Shown here piece after piece: positions 61,491-64,000 of a stretch of 64,000 nt of DNA (position 1 is the stretch's first letter; the number at the start of each line of letters is the position of its first letter). Position numbers and translations under genes: made by a program. The notes under the pieces were generated by a model. It did not search any database. It was not told the DNA's origin and worked only from the letters and a program-made list of their open reading frames with translations. The stretch lies in the IMG/VR virus record IMGVR_UViG_3300028833_000062; one strand, written 5' to 3'. The DNA is from an uncultured virus (IMG/VR IMGVR_UViG_3300028833_000062). Lineage: Duplodnaviria; Heunggongvirae; Uroviricota; Caudoviricetes.

Positions 61491-62046
61491 ACCATTTAGA
61501 ATTACAAATGAAGTATTTAATGATGTAAGAGGTGGATTTTCTCCATTTAATTTTGCTAAAGATTTTAGTGATTTTAATATATATCAATTAAATACAGTTA
61601 CTACAAAAGAACCATATACATTTAGAGGTATGCATTGGCAAGAGCCTCCTTATGCACAGGGTAAACTTATTCGTTGTACACTTGGAAAGATAATTGATTT
61701 TGCTGTAGATATTAGATGTGGAAGTCCTAATTTTGGTAAAAGTTATGGTTTTGTACTTTCAAATCCACAAGAATGGGTATTTATTCCAAGATGTTTTGCT
61801 CATGGTTATTTAACTCTTCCTCATAATCTTGGAAATACTTATCCAACAACTGTTGAGTATCTTGTTGATAATCATTATAATCCTCAAAGTGAAAGAGGAA
61901 TGTTTATGACTAAAGAGATTAATGATTGTATAAATGCAGAACTTCCAAATGGTATAACAAATATAATTTTTAATGAACGTGACCTTAATTGGCCTACAAT
62001 AAGTGAAATAGAAACAAATTTTAGATATGAACCAGAAGAACAATAA
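61471..62046 (+). CDS. rmlC: dTDP-4-dehydrorhamnose 3,5-epimerase
   Basis: F.D.RG.F, RGMH.Q, QGKL.RC, DFAVDIR.GSP.FG and FAHG motifs. Confidence 0.92.
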   Translation: MEKTYIEPFRITNEVFNDVRGGFSPFNFAKDFSDFNIYQLNTVTTKEPYTFRGMHWQEPPYAQGKLIRCTLGKIIDFAVDIRCGSPNFGKSYGFVLSNPQEWVFIPRCFAHGYLTLPHNLGNTYPTTVEYLVDNHYNPQSERGMFMTKEINDCINAELPNGITNIIFNERDLNWPTISEIETNFRYEPEEQ

Positions 62047-62374
62047 TAATGAAGAAAATATTTTAGATGTTGATAAATTATATAATATAGCATCTAGATT
62101 AAAAGAAGCACAAAGTAATAGAATAAGTGCAAAAAATATACTTGCAAAGAATCCAAGTTCTACAATTAATAAAAGATATATTGATGCTAAAGAAGAATAT
62201 GGAAAAGCTTTAAATGATTTTAATAACTTTGTTAATAATTATATTGAAATTAATCCTGATGGTATTAATCAAATAATATTTAATAAAGATGTAAATGATG
62301 AAACTGTTATTAGAATAATTAAAAAGGTTAAAGAAGAATTAGAAAAAATAGTTAAAAAAGAATTAGAAAAATAA
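62027..62374 (+). CDS. Hypothetical protein
   Basis: Open frame ending at a terminator. Confidence 0.55.
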   Translation: MNQKNNNNEENILDVDKLYNIASRLKEAQSNRISAKNILAKNPSSTINKRYIDAKEEYGKALNDFNNFVNNYIEINPDGINQIIFNKDVNDETVIRIIKKVKEELEKIVKKELEK

Positions 62375-62402
62375 AAGGAGAGAATTAATTCTCTCCTTTT
62401 TT
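62373..62402. terminator. Bidirectional terminator
   Basis: aaaaggagagaat-ta-attctctcctttt. Confidence 0.85.
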
Positions 62403-62801
62403 GTCATTTTCTTGTCCCATTGGTGGAGTATCTACTTCTGTATTAGGAATGCCATTTAATGCATGTTGATAATCATAAGATACTTTATTAAATAAGTTAA
62501 AGTTTGTAATAAAATGTTCAATTATCTTAGTAAATAAATAAATATAATCTACACTAATTGCTTCATCTCTTTTTACATCTTCATCAAAGAAATCTACAAA
62601 CTTTTTAATTTTAAACTTAGGATTTTCTGCTAAAAATTTTTCAACATCATCTTTTTGAACAAGTTTTCTTTGTCCACATATAGTTATAAAATTTAACATT
62701 GGTTTTAAATATTCTTTATCATTTTTAAACCATACATCAAATTTATAAGCGAAATTATCTACATCAAGACATTCTTTTATATATTCTTTAATATTCTTCA
62801 T
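62385..62801 (-). CDS. Protein with capsid-targeting-like leader
   Basis: MKNIKEYIKE. Confidence 0.7.
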   Translation of the reverse strand: MKNIKEYIKECLDVDNFAYKFDVWFKNDKEYLKPMLNFITICGQRKLVQKDDVEKFLAENPKFKIKKFVDFFDEDVKRDEAISVDYIYLFTKIIEHFITNFNLFNKVSYDYQHALNGIPNTEVDTPPMGQENDKKGEN

Positions 62802-62803
62802 AA

Positions 62804-63415
62804 TTAAATACTATAATATCCTTTTAAATTTTCTACAGATTTTATTGTAATTTCATTACTCTTTAATTGAGATATTAAACGTTTATCTTTTATTAAGATA
62901 TCACTGTTTATTTCTTTTAATGCAGATACAATATCACCATAATTAATAACATATTTATAAACAGTTAAATCTTCAAATAAAAATACTACAGGAACATCTT
63001 TTGCATTTTCATCAGTATATGTAATACCAATCAATGTACAAGATTCTGTTAATTCATCAGTTTTAAATACTGATGTCAACCATGTATATTTATCATTTAT
63101 TTCTCCATGTTCAGGATGAGTTTTTAGATCTTCTTTTACTTTATAAAAACCAACCTTTTGATTATCATCATTTTGAGAATTAGATATAATCTTTTTTAAG
63201 ATTTTTGTATTTTCAACAGGTTTAATAATTACATTATCAGAAGTAAACTTATTTATATACTTAACTTTTTCTTTTTCATTATAATCAGAAGAAGTTGCAT
63301 CATATTCCTTCTTATTTGATTTACCTGTTAACCATTCCCAAAAACCTTTAAACCAATCACTTATAACTCCTTCTTCAACTAATTGTTCTTGAATGTATTC
63401 ATTTAAATGTTTCAT
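62804..63415 (-). CDS. Protein with capsid-targeting-like leader and amphipathic helix
   Basis: MKHLNEYIQEQLVEE/GVISDWFKGFWEWLTG. Confidence 0.7.
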   Translation of the reverse strand: MKHLNEYIQEQLVEEGVISDWFKGFWEWLTGKSNKKEYDATSSDYNEKEKVKYINKFTSDNVIIKPVENTKILKKIISNSQNDDNQKVGFYKVKEDLKTHPEHGEINDKYTWLTSVFKTDELTESCTLIGITYTDENAKDVPVVFLFEDLTVYKYVINYGDIVSALKEINSDILIKDKRLISQLKSNEITIKSVENLKGYYSI

Positions 63416-64000
63416 ATATTATATATTAATATTTCTTTATTTTCTTGTGATGTTTTAAATTTAAGTTTATTTAAATTTCCTTTTAATTTTGGATGTAAAT
63501 TTTTTGCAGTAAAACCTTTTATATTACTATTTTCTTTTTTACATATATCAATATATTGTTTTAATATTGTTTCATTTACTTCTGTTGGATTATCTACAAT
63601 AAGATTAGATTCAATATCTACAATATGTCTATAATTTTCTATATATGTAGAAGTATTATCAACCATTAATAAAGCAATAGAATAAGTTCTTTTTCCATCC
63701 TCATCTTGAGAAAAAAATGTATAAACTAATGGATCTATTGGATTATTATTTATATCAACTAATAACTTTTTTTGGTTATTTATAATATTTGTAGCAACAA
63801 CATATCCTAATTTATTATGTTTCCATTCATTTAAAGTATCATTATCAATTTCACTGAATTTTACTGGTTCTTTTGCAAATTTTATAGTTTTAGTATTAAC
63901 TTCATACATTTCAACATTATTACCATTTAATCTTGATTGTTGACTTTTAAATACCTTTTTAAAAAATGCTTTAAACCAATCTAATAAACCCTCATTTAAA
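63412..64000 (-). CDS. Partial protein (start outside window) with amphipathic helix; weakly GNAT-like C-terminus
   Basis: Frame is open to the window edge: LNE/GLLDWFKAFFKKVFKSQQSRLNGNNVEMYEV... Confidence 0.65.
   Translation of the reverse strand, partial: LNEGLLDWFKAFFKKVFKSQQSRLNGNNVEMYEVNTKTIKFAKEPVKFSEIDNDTLNEWKHNKLGYVVATNIINNQKKLLVDINNNPIDPLVYTFFSQDEDGKRTYSIALLMVDNTSTYIENYRHIVDIESNLIVDNPTEVNETILKQYIDICKKENSNIKGFTAKNLHPKLKGNLNKLKFKTSQENKEILIYNI

Noticed and set aside
42995..62046. Bacterial chromosome or host contamination (carB, OmpA, mgsA, rml genes)
   Set aside because: These genes lie in units with the same promoter motifs and terminator style as the phage genes and are interleaved with gp42-like and other phage genes.
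5523..63634. Short antisense or overlapping ORFs in the track (e.g. 5523-6035, 9774-10190, 19787-20118, 41074-41436, 44837-45379, 61810-62093)
   Set aside because: They are shadows of well-supported genes on the opposite strand or in another frame, with no motifs or expression signals.
1..64000. Stop-codon recoding (TAG to Gln, as in Lak megaphages)
   Set aside because: Long structural and metabolic ORFs are intact in the standard code and genes tile tightly. TAG stops look rare (one noticed, at 1874), but no gene appears fragmented by TAG.

Overview
A very AT-rich, gene-dense 64-kb segment of a large T4-like (jumbo) myophage genome. It reads cleanly in the standard genetic code. The host is probably a Bacteroidales bacterium (OmpA-type protein, DUF4494-like protein, AT-rich leaders without Shine-Dalgarno motifs). 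Virion genes include a tail fibre, a multi-TM tape-measure-like protein, a tail-tube/gp3-like protein and gp6- and gp25-like baseplate proteins. DNA and nucleotide genes include dUTPase, IMPDH/GMPR, a DinG-like helicase and a RuvC-like resolvase. Glycan genes include glycosyltransferases, an epimerase and rmlC/rmlD. Highlights: (1) a cytosine hypermodification cluster (HD hydrolase, CarB, NodU-type carbamoyltransferase, dNMP kinase, two thymidylate-synthase paralogues including a clear T4 gp42 orthologue, dCMP deaminase) that appears to make its own carbamoyl phosphate; (2) about 19 unrelated proteins sharing an N-terminal MKxLxEY(I/L)xE leader like the T4 capsid-targeting sequence, five with a Gly-initiated amphipathic helix right after a predicted [LIV]xE cleavage site, and with DNA evidence of cassette shuffling; (3) two promoter-like motifs (CTATATTA and TTATTTTTA), each about 30-43 nt before ATGs, that split metabolic from virion genes; (4) a promoter- and terminator-bounded, ORF-free, stem-rich ~350-nt candidate ncRNA; (5) (Ser-Gly)n proteins embedded in a glycosylation cassette. 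All functional calls come from motif recognition by eye; no searches were run.
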